Shown: one piece after another, positions 25,401 through 40,780 of the stretch
Position numbering within the stretch: the first letter of the stretch is position 1
Layout: each line of letters begins with the position of its first letter
DNA from: Eledone cirrhosa
Lineage: Eukaryota
DNA: 64,000 nt
Direction: 5' to 3'
Assembly (NCBI GenBank): GCA_964016885.1
Contig: OZ024750.1
Span: 39,060,001 to 39,124,000, forward strand
Position numbers and translations under genes: made by a program
The notes under the pieces: generated by a model
Told to the model about the DNA's origin: nothing
Databases searched by the model: none
What the model saw: only the letters and a program-made list of their open reading frames with translations

Positions 25401-28400
25401 TGACAGTGCTTCTTGTTAACTATTACCTGGGTACCTCTACAGTGACAGTGGTTCTTGTTAACTATTACCTGGGTAGCTCTACAGTGACAGTGGTTCTTGT
25501 TAACTATTACCTGGGTACCTCTACAGTGACAGTGGTTCTTGTTAACTATTACCTGAGTACCTCTACAGTGACAGTGGTTCTTGTTAACTGTTACCTGGGT
25601 ACCTCTACAGTGACAGTGGTTCTTGTTAACTATTACCTGGGTACCTCTACGGTGACAGTGCTTCTTGTTAACTATTACCTGGGTACCTCTACAGTGACAG
25701 TGGTTCTTGTTAACTATTACCTGGGTACCTCTACAGTGACAGTGGTTCTTGTTAACTATTACCTGGGTACCTCTACCGTGACAGTGGTTCTTGTTAACTA
25801 TTACCTGGGTACCTCTACGGTGACAGTGCTTCTTGTTAACTATTACCTGGGTACCTCTACGGTGACAGTGGCTCTTGTTAACTATTACCTGGGTACCTCT
25901 ACGGTGACAGTGGTTCTTGTTAACTATTACCTGGGTACCTCTACGGTGACAGTGGTTCTTGTTAACTATTACCTGGGTACCTCTACGGTGACAGTGGTTC
26001 TTGTTAACTATTACCTGGGTACCTCTACGGTGACAGTGCTTCTTGTTAACTATTACCTGGGTACCTCTACGGTGACAGTGGCACTTGTTAACTATTACCT
26101 GGGTACCTCTACGGTGACAGTGCTTCTTGTTAACTATTACCTGGGTACCTCTACGGTGACAGTGGCTCTTGTTAACTATTACCTGGGTACCTCTACGGTG
26201 ACAGTGCTTCTAGTTAACTATTACCTGGGTACCTCTATGGTGACAGTGCTTCTTGTTAACTATTACCTGGGTAGCTCTACGGTGACAGTGCTTCTTGTTA
26301 ACTATTACCTGGGTACCTCTAGAGTGACAGTGCTTCTTGGTAACTATTACCTGGGTACCTCTACAGTGACAGTGGTTCTTGTTAACTATTACCTGGGTAC
26401 CTCTACGATGACTGCTTCTTGTTAACTATTACCTGGGTACCTCTATGGTGACAGTGCTTCTTGTTAACTATTACCTGGGTACCTCTACGGTGAAAGTGGT
26501 TCTTGTTAACTATTACCTGGGTACCTCTACATTGAGAGTGGTTCTTGTTAACTATTACCTGGTACCTTTACGGTGACAGTGCTTCTTGTTAACTATTACC
26601 TGGGTACCTCTACGGTGACAGTGGTTCTTGTTAACTATTACCTGTGTACCTCTATGGTGACAGTGCTTCGTGTTAACTATTACATGGGTACCTCTACGGT
26701 GACAGTGCTTCTTGTTAACTATTACCTGGGTACCTCTACGGTGACAGTGGTTCTTGTTAACTATTACCTGGGTACCTCTACGGTGACAGTGGTTCTTGTT
26801 AACTATTACCTGTGTACCTCTACGGTGACAGTGCTTCTTGTTAACTATTACCTGGGTACCTCTACGGTGACAGTGGTTCTTTTTAACTATTACCTGGGTA
26901 CCTCTACGGTGACAGTGGTTCTTGTTAACTATTACCTGTGTACCTCTACGGTGACAGTGCTTCTTGTTAACTATTACCTGGGTACCTCTACGGTGACAGT
27001 GGTTCTTGTTAACTATTACCTGGGTACCTCTACGGTGACAGTGCTTCTTGTTAACTATTACCTGGGTACCTCTACGGTGACAGTGGTTCTTGTTAACTAT
27101 TACCTGGGTACCTCTACGATAACTGCTTCTTGTTAACTATTACCTGGGTACCTCTACGATGACAGTGGTTCTTGTTAACTATTACCTGGGTACCTCTACG
27201 ATGACTGCTTCTTGTTAACTATTACCTGGGTACCTCTACGATGACTGCTTCTTGTTAACTATTACCTGGGTACCTCTACGGTGACAGTGGTTCTTGTTAA
27301 CTATTACCTGTGTACCTCTATGGTGACAGTGCTTCTTGTTAACTATTACCTGGGTACCTCTACGGTGACAGTGGTTCTTGTTAACTATTACCTGGGTACC
27401 TCTATGGTGACAGTGCTTCTTGTTAACTATTACCTGGGTACCTCTACGATGACTGCTTCTTGTTAACTATTACCTGGGTACCTCTACGATGACTGCTTCT
27501 TGTTAACTATTACCTGGGTACCTCTACGATGACTGCTTCTTGTTAACTATTACCTGGGTACCTCTACGGTGACAGTGCTTCTTGTTAACTATTACCTGGG
27601 TACCTCTACGGTGACAGTGGTTCTTGTTAACTATTACCTGTGTACCTCTATGGTGACAGTGCTTCTTGTTAACTATTACCTGGGTACCTCTACGATGACT
27701 GCTTCTTGTTAACTATTACCTGGGGACCTCTACGATGACTGCTTTTTGTTAACTATTACCTGGGTACCTCTACAGTGACAGTACTTCTTGTTAACTATTA
27801 CCTGGGTACCTCTACGGTGACAGTGCTTCTTGTTAACTATTACCTGGGTACCTCTACGGTGACAGTGCTTCTTGTTAACTATTACCTGGGTACCTCTACG
27901 GTGACAGTGCTCCTTGTTAACTATTACCTGGGTACCTCTACGGTGACAGTGCTTCTTGTTAACTATTACCTGGGTACCTCTACGGTGACAGTGGTTCTTG
28001 TTAACTATTACCTGGGTACCTCTACGGTGACAGTGGTTCTTGTTAACTATTACCTGGGTACCTCTACGGTGACAGTGGTTCTTGTTAACTATTACCTGGG
28101 TACCTCTACGGTGACAGTGCTTCTTGTTAACTATTACCTGGGTACCTCCACAGTGACAGTGCTTCTTGTTAACTATTACCTGGGTACCTCTACGGTGACA
28201 GTGCTTCTTGTTAACTATTACCTGGGTACCTCTACGGTGACAGTGGTTCTTGTTAACTATTACCTGGGTACCTCTACGATGACTGCTTCTTGTTAACTAT
28301 TACCTGGGTACCTCTACGATGACTGCTTCTTGTTAACTATTACCTGGGTACCTTTACGGTGACAGTGCTTCTTGTTAACTATTACCTGGGTACCTCTACG

Positions 28401-31400
28401 GTGACAGTGGTTCTTGTTAACTATGACCTGGGTACCTCTACGGTGACAGTGGTTCTTGTGAACTATTACCTGGGTACCTCTACGATGACTGCTTCTTGTT
28501 AACTATTACCTGGGTACCTTTACGGTGACAGTGCTTCTTGTTAACTATTACCTGGGTACCTCTACGGTGACAGTGGTTCTTGTTAACTATTACCTGGGTA
28601 CCTCTACGGTGACAGTGGTTCTTGTTAACTATTACCTGGGTACCTCTACGGTGACAGTGCTTCTTGTTAACTATTACCTGGGTACCTCTACGGTGACAGT
28701 GCTTCTTGTTAACTATTACCTGGGTACCTCTACGGTGACAGTGGTTCTTGTTAACTATTACCTGGGTACCTCTACGGTGACAGTCCTTCTTGTTAACTAT
28801 TACCTGGGTACCTCTACGGTGACAGTGCTTCTTGTTAACTATTACCTGGGTACCTCTACGGTGACAGTGCTTCTTGTTAACTATTACCTGGGTACCTCTA
28901 CGATGACTGCTTCTTGTTAACTATTACCTGGGTACCTCTACGCTGACAGTGGTTCTTGTTAACTATCACCTGGGTACCTCTACGATGACAGTGCTTCTTG
29001 TTAACTATTACCTGGGTACCTCTACGATGACTGCTTCTTGTTAACTATTACCTGGGTACCTCTACGGTGACAGTGGTTCTTGTTAACTATTACCTGGGTA
29101 CCTCTACGAAGACTGCTTCTTGTTAACTATTACCTGGATACCTCTACGGTGACAGTGCTTCTTGTTAACTATTACCTGGGTACCTCTACGGTGACAGTGC
29201 TTCTTGTTAACTATTACCTGGGTACCTCTACGGTGACAGTGGTTCTTGTTAACTATCACCTGGGTACCTCTACGATGACAGTGCTTCTTGTTAACTATTA
29301 CCTGGGTACCTCTACGATGACTGCTTCTTGTTAACTATTACCTGGGTACCTCTACGGTGACAGTGGTTCTTGTTAACTATTACCTGGGTACCTCTACGAT
29401 GACTGCTTCTTGTTAACTATTACCTGGATACCTCTACGGTGACAGTGCTTCTTGTTAACTATTACCTGGGTAGCTCTACGGTGACAGTGCTTCTTGTTAA
29501 CTATTACCTGGGTACCGCTACAGTGACAGTGGTTCTTGTTAACTATTACCTGGGTACCTCTACAGTGACAGTGGTTCTTGTTAACTATTACCTGGGTACC
29601 TCTACAGTGACAGTGGTTCTTGTTAACTATTACCTGGGTACCTCTACAGTGACAGTGGTTCTTGTTAACTATTACCTGGGTACCTCTACAGTGACAGTGG
29701 TTCTTGTTAACTATTACCTGGGTACCTCTACGGTGACAGTGATTCTTGTTAACTATTACCTGGGTACCTCTACAGTGACAGTGGTTCTTGTTAACTATTA
29801 CCTGGGTACCTCTACAGTGACAGTGGTTCTTGTTAACTATTACCTGGGTACCTCTACGGTGACAGTGCTTCTTGTTAACTATTACCTGGGTACCTCTACG
29901 GTGACAGTGGCTCTTGTTAACTATTACCTGGGTACCTCTACGGTGACAGTGGTTCTTGTTAACTATTACCTGGGTACCTCTACGGTGACAGTGGTTCTTG
30001 TTAACTATTACCAGGATACCTCTACGGTGACAGTGGTTCTTGTTAACTATTACCTGGGTACCTCTACGGTGACAGTGCTTCTTGTTAACTATTACCTGGG
30101 TACCTCTACGGTGACAGTGGCTCTTGTTAACTATTACCTGGGTACCTCTACGGTGACAGTGCTTCTTGTTAACTATTACCTGGGTATCTCTACGGTGACA
30201 GTGGCTCTTGTTAACTATTACCTGGGTACCTCTACGGTGACAGTGCTTCTAGTTAACTATTACCTGTGTACCTCTATGGTGACAGTGCTTCTTGTTAACT
30301 ATTACCTGGGTACCTCTACGGTGACAGTGGCTCTTGTTAACTATTACCTGGGTACCTCTACGGTGACAGTGGTTCTTGTTAACTATTACCTGGGTACCTC
30401 TACGGTGACAGTGCTTCTTGTTAACTATTACCTGGGTACCTCTAGAGTGACAGTGCTTCTTGTTAACTATTACCTGGGTACCTCTACAGTGACAGTGGTT
30501 CTTGTTAACTATTACCTGGGTACCTCTACGATGACTGCTTCTTGTTAACTATTACCTGGGTACCTCTATGGTGACAGTGCTTCTTGTTAACTATTACCTG
30601 GGTACCTCTACGGTGACAGTGGTACTTGTTAACTATTACCTGGGTACCTCTACATTGAGAGTGGTTCTTGTTAACTATTACCTGGTACCTTTACGGTGAC
30701 AGTGCTTCTTGTCAACTATCACCTGGGTACCTCTACGGTGACAGTGGTTCTTGTTAACTATTACCTGTGTATCTCTATGGTGACAGTGCTTCGTGTTAAC
30801 TATTACCTGGGTACCTCTACGGTGACAGTGCTTCTTGTTAACTATTACCTGGGTACCTCTACGGTGACAGTGGTTCTTGTTAACTATTACCTGGGTACCT
30901 CTACGGTGACAGTGGTTCTTGTTAACTATTACCTGTGTACCTCTACGGTGACAGTGCTTCTTGTTAACTATTACCTGGGTACCTCTACGGTGACAGTGGT
31001 TCTTGTTAACTATTACCTGGGTACCTCTACGGTGACAGTGGTTCTTGTTAACTATTACCTGTGTACCTCTACGGTGACAGTGCTTCTTGTTAACTATTAC
31101 CTGGGTACCTCTACGGTGACAGTGGTTCTTGTTAACTATTACCTGGGTACCTCTACGGTGACAGTGCTTCTTGTTAACTATTACCTGGGTACCTCTACGG
31201 TGACAGTGGTTCTTGTTAACTATTACCTGGGTACCTCTACGATAACTGCTTCTTGTTAACTATTACCTGGGTACCTCTACGATGACAGTGGTTCTTGTTA
31301 ACTATTACCTGGGTACCTCTACGATAACTGCTTATTGTTAACTATTACCTGGGTACCTCTACGATGACTGCTTCTTGTTAACTATTACCTGGGTACCTCT

Positions 31401-33420
31401 ACGGTGACAGTGGTTCTTGTTAACTATTACCTGTGTACCTCTATGGTGACAGTGCTTCTTGTTAACTATTACCTGGGTACCTCTACGGTGACAGTGGTTC
31501 TTGTTAACTATTACCTGGGTACCTTTATGGTGACAGTGCTTCTTGTTAACAATTACCTGGGTACCTCTACAGTGACAGTGGTTCTTGTTAACTATTACCT
31601 GGGTACCTCTACGATGACTGCTTCTTGTTAACTATTACCTGGGTACCTCTATGGTGACAGTGCTTCTTGTTAACTATTACCTGGGTACCTCTACGGTGAC
31701 AGTGCTTCTTGTTAACTATTACCTGGGTACCTCTACATTGAGAGTGGTTCTTGTTAACTATTACCTGGTACCTTTACGGTGACAGTGCTTCTTGTTAACT
31801 ATTACCTGGGTACCTCTACGGTGACAGTGGTTCTTGTTAACTATTACCTGTGTATCTCTATGGTGACAGTGCTTCGTGTTAACTATTACCTGGGTACCTC
31901 TACGGTGACAGTGCTTCTTGTTAACTATTACCTGGGTACATCTACGGTGACAGTGGTTCTTGTTAACTATTACCTGGGTACCTCTACGGTGACAGTGGTG
32001 CTTGTTAACTATTACCTGGGTACCTCTACGGTGACAGTGCTTCTTGTTAACTATTACCTGGGTACCTCTACGGTGACAGTGGTTCTTGTTAACTATTACC
32101 TGGGTACCTCTACGGTGACAGTGGTTCTTGTTAACTATTACCTGTGTACCTCTACGGTGACAGTGCTTCTTGTTAACTATTACCTGGGTACCTCTACGGT
32201 GACAGTGGTTCTTGTTAACTATTACCTGGGTACCTCTACGGTGACAGTGCTTCTTGTTAACTATTACCTGGGTACCTCTACGGTGACAGTGGTTCTTGTT
32301 AACTATTACCTGGGTACCTCTACGATAACTGCTTCTTGTTAACTATTACCTGGGTACCTCTACGATGACAGTGGTTCTTGTTAACTATTACCTGGGTACC
32401 TCTACGATGACTGCTTCTTGTTAACTATTACCTGGGTACCTCTACGATGACTACTTCTTGTTAACTATTACCTGGGTACCTCTACGGTGACAGTGGTTCT
32501 TGTTAACTATTACCTGTGTACCTCTATGGTGACACTGCTTCTTGTTAACTATTACCTGGGTACCTCTACGGTGACAGTGGTTCTTGTTAACTATTACCTG
32601 GGTACCTCTATGGTGACAGTGCTTCTTGTTAACTATTACCTGGGTACCTCTACGATGACTGCTTCTTGTTAACTATTACCTGGGTACCTCTACGATGACT
32701 GCTTCTTGTTAACTATTACCTGGGTACCTCTACGATGACTGCTTCTTGTTAACTATTACCTGGGTACCTCTACGGTGACAGTGCTTCTTGTTAACTATTA
32801 CCTGGGTACCTCTACGGTGACAGTGGTTCTTGTTAACTATTACCTGTGTACCTCTATGGTGACAGTGCTTCTTGTTAACTATTACCTGGGTACCTCTACG
32901 ATGACTGCTTCTTGTTAACTATTACCTGGGTACCTCTACGATGACTGCTTTTTGTTAACTATTACCTGGGTAGCTCTACAGTGACAGTACTTCTTGTTAA
33001 CTATTACCTGGGTACCTCTACGGTGACAGTGCTTCTTGTTAACTATTACCTGGGTACCTCTACGGTGACAGTGCTTCTTGTTAACTATTACCTGGGTACC
33101 TCTACGGTGACAGTGCTTCTTGTTAACTATTACCTGGGTACCTCTACGGTGACAGTGCTTCTTGTTAACTATTACCTGGGTACCTCTACGGTGACAGTGG
33201 TTCTTGTTAACTATTACCTGGGTACCTCTACGGTGACAGTGGTTCTTGTTAACTATTACCTGGGTACCTCTACGGTGACAGTGGTTCTTGTTAACTATTA
33301 CCTGGGTACCTCTACGGTGACAGTGCTTCTTGTTAACTATTACCTGGGTACCTCCACAGTGACAGTGCTTCTTGTTAACTATTACCTGGGTACCTCTACG
33401 GTGACAGTGCTTCTTGTTAA
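22500..33420. repeat. Mosaic of more diverged related blocks (offsets about 1083, 2171, 2507, 4039-4123 and 5206 bp)
   Basis: ORF pairs 22939/25110, 23229/25400, 24066/26573, 25400/29439, 26573/30696, 30696/31779, 27281/32487 and 27775/32981. Region-specific markers GTGGCTCTT, TCTAGAGTG and ACATTGAGAG. Confidence 0.8.
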
Positions 33421-34429
33421 CTATTAACTGGGTACCTCTACGGTGACAGTGGTTCTTGTTAACTATTACCTGGGTACCTCTACGGTGACAGTGCTTCTTG
33501 TTAACTATTACCTGGGTACCTCTACGGTGACAGTGGTTCTTGTTAACTATTACCTGTGTACCTCTATGGTGACAGTGCTTCGTGTTAACTATTACCTGGG
33601 TAGATCTACGATGACAGTGGTTCTTGTTAACTATTACCTGGGTACCTCTACGATGACTGCTTCTTGTTAACTATTACCTGGGTACCTCTACGGTGACAGT
33701 GGTTCTTGTTAACTATTACCTGGGTACCTCTACGATGACTGCTTCTTGTTAACTATTACCTGGGTACCTCTACGGTGACAGTGGTTCTTGTTAACTATTA
33801 CCTGGGTACCTCTACGGTGACAGTGGTTCTTGTTAACTATTACCTGGGTACCTCTACGATGACTGCTTCTTGTTAACTATTACCTGGGTACCTCTACGGT
33901 GACAGTGGTTCTTGTTAACTATTACCTGGGTACCTCTACGGTGACAGTGGTTCTTGTTAACTATTACCTGGATACCTCTACGATGACTGCTTCTTGTTAA
34001 CTATTACCTGGGTACCTCTACGGTGACAGTGGTTCTTGTTAACTATTACCTGGGTACCTCTACGGTGACAGTGGTTCTTGTTAACTATTACCTGGGTACC
34101 TCTACGGTGACAGTGGTTCTTGTTGACTATTACCTGGGTACCTCTACGATGAATGCTTCTTGTTAACTATTACCTGGGTACCTCTACGGTGACAGTGGTT
34201 CTTGTTAACTATTACCTGGGTACCTCTACGGTGACAGTGGTTCTTGTTAACTATTACCTGTGTACCTCTACGGTGACAGTGCTTCTTGTTAACTATTACC
34301 TGGGTACCTCTACGGTGACAGTGGTTCTTGTTAACTATTACCTGCGTACCTCTACGGTGACAGTGGTTCTTGTTAACTATTACCTGGGTACCTCTACGGT
34401 GACAGTGCTTCTTGTTAACTATTACCTGG

Positions 34430-35760
34430 GTACCTCTACGGTGACAGTGGTTCTTCTTAACTATTACCTGGGTACCTCTACGATAACTGCTTCTTGTTAA
34501 CTATTACCTGGGTACCTCTACGGTGACAGTGGTTCTTGTTAACTATTACCTGGGTACTTCTACGATGACAGTGGTTCTTCTTAACTATTACCTGGGTACC
34601 TCTACGGTGACAGTGGTTCTTGTTAACTATTACCTGGGTACCTCTACGGTGACAGTGCTTCTTGTTAACTATTACCTGGGTACCTCTACGGTGACAGTGC
34701 TTCTTGTTAACTATTACCTGGGTACCTCTAGGGTGACAGTGGTTCTTGTTAACTATTACCTGGGTACCTCTACGATGACAGTGGTTCTTGTTAACTATTA
34801 CCTGGGTACTTCTACGATGACAGTGGTGCTTGTTAACTATTACCTGGGTACCTCTACGGTGACAGTGCTTCTTGTTAACTATTACCTGGGTACCTCTACG
34901 GTGACAGTGCTTCTTGTTAACTATTACCTGGGTACCTCTACGGTGACAGTGCTTCTTGTTAACTATTACCTGGGTACCTCTACGGTGACAGTGCTTCTTG
35001 TTAACTATTACCTGGGTACCTCTACGGTGACAGTGCTTCTTGTTAACTATTACCTGGGTACCTCTACGGTGACAGTGCTTCTTGTTAACTATTACCTGGG
35101 TACCTCTACGGTGACAGTGCTTCTTGTTAACTATTACCTGGGTACCTCTACGGTGACAGTGGTTCTTGTTAACTATTACCTGGATACCTCTACGATGACT
35201 GCTTCTTGTTAACTATTACCTGGGTACCTCTACAGTGACAGTCCTTCTTGTTAACTATTACCTGGGTACCTCTACGGTGACAGTGCTTCTTGTTAACTAT
35301 TACCTGGGTACCTCTACGATGACTGCTTCTTGTTAACTATTACCTGGGTACCTCTACGATGACTGCTTCTTGTTAACTATTACCTGGGTACCTCAACGGT
35401 GACAGTGGTTCTTGTTAACTATTACCTGTGTACCTCTATGGTGACAGTGCTTCTTGTTAACTATTACCCGGGTACCTCTACGATGACTGCTTCTTGTTAA
35501 CTATTACCTGGGTACCTCTACGATGACTGCTTCTTGTTAACTATTACCTGCGTACCTCTACAGTGACAGTGCTTCTTGTTAACTATTACCTGGGTACCTC
35601 TACGGTGACAGTGCTTCTTGTTTACTATTACCTGGGTACCTCTACGGTGACAGTGCTTCTTGTTAACTATTACCTGGGTACCTCTACGGTGACAGTGCTT
35701 CTTGTTAACTATTACCTGGGTACCTCTACGGTGACAGTGGTTCTTGTTAACTATTACCTG
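34430..35760. repeat. Block with a dispersed copy at +8212 bp (about 42640-43970)
   Basis: Identical 229-aa ORFs at 34523/42735, plus the matching 35563/43775 starts. Shared rare markers GTGGTGCTT, GTCCTTC, CTCAACGG, TACCCGGG and GTTTACTA. Confidence 0.9.
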
Positions 35761-35899
35761 GGTACCTCTACGGTGACAGTGGTTCTTGTTAACTATTACC
35801 TGGGTACCTCTACGGTGACAGTGCTTGTTGTTAACTATTACCTGGGTACCTCTACGGTGACAGTGGTTCTTGTTAACTATTACCTGGGTACCTCTACGG

Positions 35900-38800
35900 T
35901 GACAGTGGTTCTTGTTAACTATTACCTGGGTACCTCTACGGTGACAGTGCTTCTTGTTAACTATTACCTGGGTACCTCTACGGTGACAGTGGTTCTTGTT
36001 AACTATTACCTGGGTACCTCTACGGTGACAGTGCTTCTTGTTAACTATTACCTGGGTACCTCCACAGTGACAGTGCTTCTTGTTAACTATTACCTGGGTA
36101 CCTCTACAGTGACAGTGGTTCTTGTTAACTATTACCTGCGTACCTCTACGGTGACAGTGGTTCTTGTTAACTATTACCTGGGTACCTCTACGGTGACAGT
36201 GGTTCTTGTAAACTATTACCTGGGTACCTCTACGATGACTGCTTCTTGTTAACTATTACCTGGGTACCTCTACGGTGACAGTGGTTCTTGTTAACTATTA
36301 CCTGGGTACCTCTACGGTGACAGTGGTTCTTGTTAACTATTACCTGGGTACCTCTACGGTGACAGTGCTTCTTGTTAACTATTACCTGGGTACCTCTACG
36401 ATGACTGCTTCTTGTTAACTATTACCTGGGTACCTCTACGATGACAGTGCTTCTTGTTAACTATTACCTGGGTACCTCTACGGTGACAGTGCTTCTTGTT
36501 AACTATTACCTGGGTACCTCTACGATGACTGCTTCTTGTTAACTATTACCTGGGTACCTCTACGGTGACAGTGCTTCTTGTTAACTATTACCTGGGTACC
36601 TCTACGGTGACAGTGCTTCTTGTTAACTATTACCTGGGTACCTCTACGATGACTAATTCTTGTTAACTATTACCTGGGTACCTCTACGGTGACAGTGCTT
36701 CTTGTTAACTATTACCTGGGTACCTCTACGGTGACAGTGCTTCTTGTTAACTATTACCTGGGTACCTCTACGATGACTGCTTCTTGTTAACTATTACCTG
36801 GGTACCTCTACGATGACAGTGCTTCTTGTTAACTATTACCTGGGTACCTCTACGGTGACAGTGGTTCTTGTTAACTATTACCTGGGTACCTCTACGGTGA
36901 CAGTGGTTCTTGTTAACTATTACCTGGGTACCTCTACGATGACAGTGGTTCTTGTTAACTATTACCTGGGTACCTCTACGGTGACAGTGGTTCTTGTTAA
37001 CTATTACCTGGGTACCTCTACGGTGACAGTGGTTCTTGTTAACTATTACCTGGGTACCTCTACGATGACAGTGGTTCTTGTTAAGTATTACCTGGGTACC
37101 TCTACGGTGACAGTGGTTCTTGTTAACTATGACCTGGGTACCTCTACGGTGACAGTGGTTCTTGTGAACTATTACCTGGGTACCTCTACGGTGACAGTGG
37201 TTCTTGTTAACTATGACCTGGGTACCTCTACACTGACAGTGGTTCTTGTGAACTATTACCTGGGTACCTCTACGGTGACAGTGGTTCTTGTTAACTATGA
37301 CCTGGGTACCTCTACAGTGACAGTGCTTCTTGTTAACTATTACCTGGGTACCTCTACAGTGACAGTGCTTCTTGTTAACTATTACCTGGGTACCTCTACG
37401 GTGACAGTGCTTCTTGTTAACTATTACCTGGGTACCTCTACGGTGACAGTGGTTCTTGTTAACTATTACCTGGGTACCTCTACAGTGACAGTGGTTCTTG
37501 TTAACTATTACCTGGGTACCTCTACGGTGACAGTGCTTCTTGTTAACTATTACCTGGGTACCTCTACGGTGACAGTGCTTGTTGTTAACTATTACCTGTG
37601 TACCTCTACAGTGAGAGTGGTTCTTGTTAACTATTACCTGGGTACCTCTACGGTGACAGTGCTTCTTGTTAACTATTACCTGGGTACCTCTATGGTGACA
37701 GTGGTTCTTGTTAACTATTACCTGGGTACCTCTACGGTGACAGTGGTTCTTGTTAACTATTACCTGGGTACATCTACGGTGACAGTGCTTCTTGTTAACT
37801 ATTACCTGTGTACCTCTACAGTGAGAGTGGTTCTTGTTAACTATTACCTGGGTACCTCTACGGTGACAGTGCTTCTTGTTAACTATTACCTGGGTACCTC
37901 TATGGTGACAGTGGTTCTTGTTAACTATTACCTGGTACCTTTACGGTGACAGTGCTTCTTGTTAACTATTACCTGGGTACCTCTACGGTGACAGTGGTTC
38001 TTGTTAACTATTACCTGTGTACCTCTATGGTGACAGTGCTTCGTGTTAACTATTACCTGGGTACCTCTACGGTGACAGTGCTTCTTGTTAACTATTACCT
38101 GGGTACCTCTACAGTGACAGTGCTTCTTGTTAACTATTACCTGGGTACCTCTACGGTGACAGTGGTTCTTGTTAACTATTACCTGTGTATCTCTACGGTG
38201 ACAGTGCTTCTTGTTAACTATTACCTGGGTACCTCTACGGTGACAGTGGTTCTTGTTAACTATTACCTGGGTACCTCTACGGTGACAGTGGTTCTTGTTA
38301 ACTATTACCTGTGTACCTCTACGGTGACAGTGCTTCTTGTTAACTATTACCTGGGTACCTCTACGGTGACAGTGGTTCTTGTTAACTATTACCTGGGTAC
38401 CTCTACGGTGACAGTGCTTCTTGTTAACTATTACCTGGGTACCTCCACAGTGACAGTGCTTCTTGTTAACTATTACCTGGGTACCTCTACAGTGACAGTG
38501 GTTCTTGTTAACTATTACCTGCGTACCTCTACGGTGACAGTGGTTCTTGTTAACTATTACCTGGGTACCTCTACGGTGACAGTGGTTCTTGTAAACTATT
38601 ACCTGGGTACCTCTACGATGACTGCTTCTTGTTAACTATTACCTGGGTACCTCTACGGTGACAGTGGTTCTTGTTAACTATTACCTGGGTACCTCTACGG
38701 TGACAGTGGTTCTTGTTAACTATTACCTGGGTACCTCTACGGTGACAGTGCTTCTTGTTAACTATTACCTGGGTACCTCTACGATGACTGCTTCTTGTTA

Positions 38801-40780
38801 ACTATTACCTGGGTACCTCTACGATGACAGTGCTTCTTGTTAACTATTACCTGGGTACCTCTACGGTGACAGTGCTTCTTGTTAACTATTACCTGGGTAC
38901 CTCTACGATGACTGCTTCTTGTTAACTATTACCTGGGTACCTCTACGGTGACAGTGCTTCTTGTTAACTATTACCTGGGTACCTCTACGGTGACAGTGCT
39001 TCTTGTTAACTATTACCTGGGTACCTCTACGATGACTAATTCTTGTTAACTATTACCTGGGTACCTCTACGGTGACAGTGCTTCTTGTTAACTATTACCT
39101 GGGTACCTCTACGGTGACAGTGCTTCTTGTTAACTATTACCTGGGTACCTCTACGATGACTGCTTCTTGTTAACTATTACCTGGGTACCTCTACGATGAC
39201 AGTGCTTCTTGTTAACTATTACCTGGGTACCTCTACGGTGACAGTGGTTCTTGTTAACTATTACCTGGGTACCTCTACGGTGACAGTGGTTCTTGTTAAC
39301 TATTACCTGGGTACCTCTACGATGACAGTGGTTCTTGTTAACTATTACCTGGGTACCTCTACGGTGACAGTGGTTCTTGTTAACTATTACCTGGGTACCT
39401 CTACGGTGACAGTGGTTCTTGTTAACTATTACCTGGGTACCTCTACGATGACAGTGGTTCTTGTTAAGTATTACCTGGGTACCTCTACGGTGACAGTGGT
39501 TCTTGTTAACTATGACCTGGGTACCTCTACGGTGACAGTGGTTCTTGTGAACTATTACCTGGGTACCTCTACGGTGACAGTGGTTCTTGTTAACTATGAC
39601 CTGGGTACCTCTACACTGACAGTGGTTCTTGTGAACTATTACCTGGGTACCTCTACGGTGACAGTGGTTCTTGTTAACTATGACCTGGGTACCTCTACAG
39701 TGACAGTGCTTCTTGTTAACTATTACCTGGGTACCTCTACAGTGACAGTGCTTCTTGTTAACTATTACCTGGGTACCTCTACGGTGACAGTGCTTCTTGT
39801 TAACTATTACCTGGGTACCTCTACGGTGACAGTGGTTCTTGTTAACTATTACCTGGGTACCTCTACAGTGACAGTGGTTCTTGTTAACTATTACCTGGGT
39901 ACCTCTACGGTGACAGTGCTTCTTGTTAACTATTACCTGGGTACCTCTACGGTGACAGTGCTTGTTGTTAACTATTACCTGTGTACCTCTACAGTGAGAG
40001 TGGTTCTTGTTAACTATTACCTGGGTACCTCTACGGTGACAGTGCTTCTTGTTAACTATTACCTGGGTACCTCTATGGTGACAGTGGTTCTTGTTAACTA
40101 TTACCTGGGTACCTCTACGGTGACAGTGGTTCTTGTTAACTATTACCTGGGTACATCTACGGTGACAGTGCTTCTTGTTAACTATTACCTGTGTACCTCT
40201 ACAGTGAGAGTGGTTCTTGTTAACTATTACCTGGGTACCTCTACGGTGACAGTGCTTCTTGTTAACTATTACCTGGGTACCTCTATGGTGACAGTGGTTC
40301 TTGTTAACTATTACCTGGTACCTTTACGGTGACAGTGCTTCTTGTTAACTATTACCTGGGTACCTCTACGGTGACAGTGGTTCTTGTTAACTATTACCTG
40401 TGTACCTCTATGGTGACAGTGCTTCGTGTTAACTATTACCTGGGTACCTCTACGGTGACAGTGCTTCTTGTTAACTATTACCTGGGTACCTCTACAGTGA
40501 CAGTGCTTCTTGTTAACTATTACCTGGGTACCTCTACGGTGACAGTGGTTCTTGTTAACTATTACCTGTGTATCTCTACGGTGACAGTGCTTCTTGTTAA
40601 CTATTACCTGGGTACCTCTACGGTGACAGTGGTTCTTGTTAACTATTACCTGGGTACCTCTACGGTGACAGTGGTTCTTGTTAACTATTACCTGTGTACC
40701 TCTACGGTGACAGTGCTTCTTGTTAACTATTACCTGGGTACCTCTACGGTGACAGTGGTTCTTGTTAACTATTACCTGGG
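35900..40780. repeat. Tandem block duplication, period 2383 bp
   Basis: Identical 378-aa ORFs at 36813/39196, plus 37946/40329. Shared markers GTAAACTA, GACTAATTC and TTAAGTATT. Confidence 0.93.

Noticed and set aside
28149-28155. RAG/Transib heptamer CACAGTG (also near 33354, 36063, 38446, 41861, 47688 and 53102)
   Set aside because: It is created by a rare substitution propagated by block duplication, and there is no A-rich nonamer at 12 or 23 bp.
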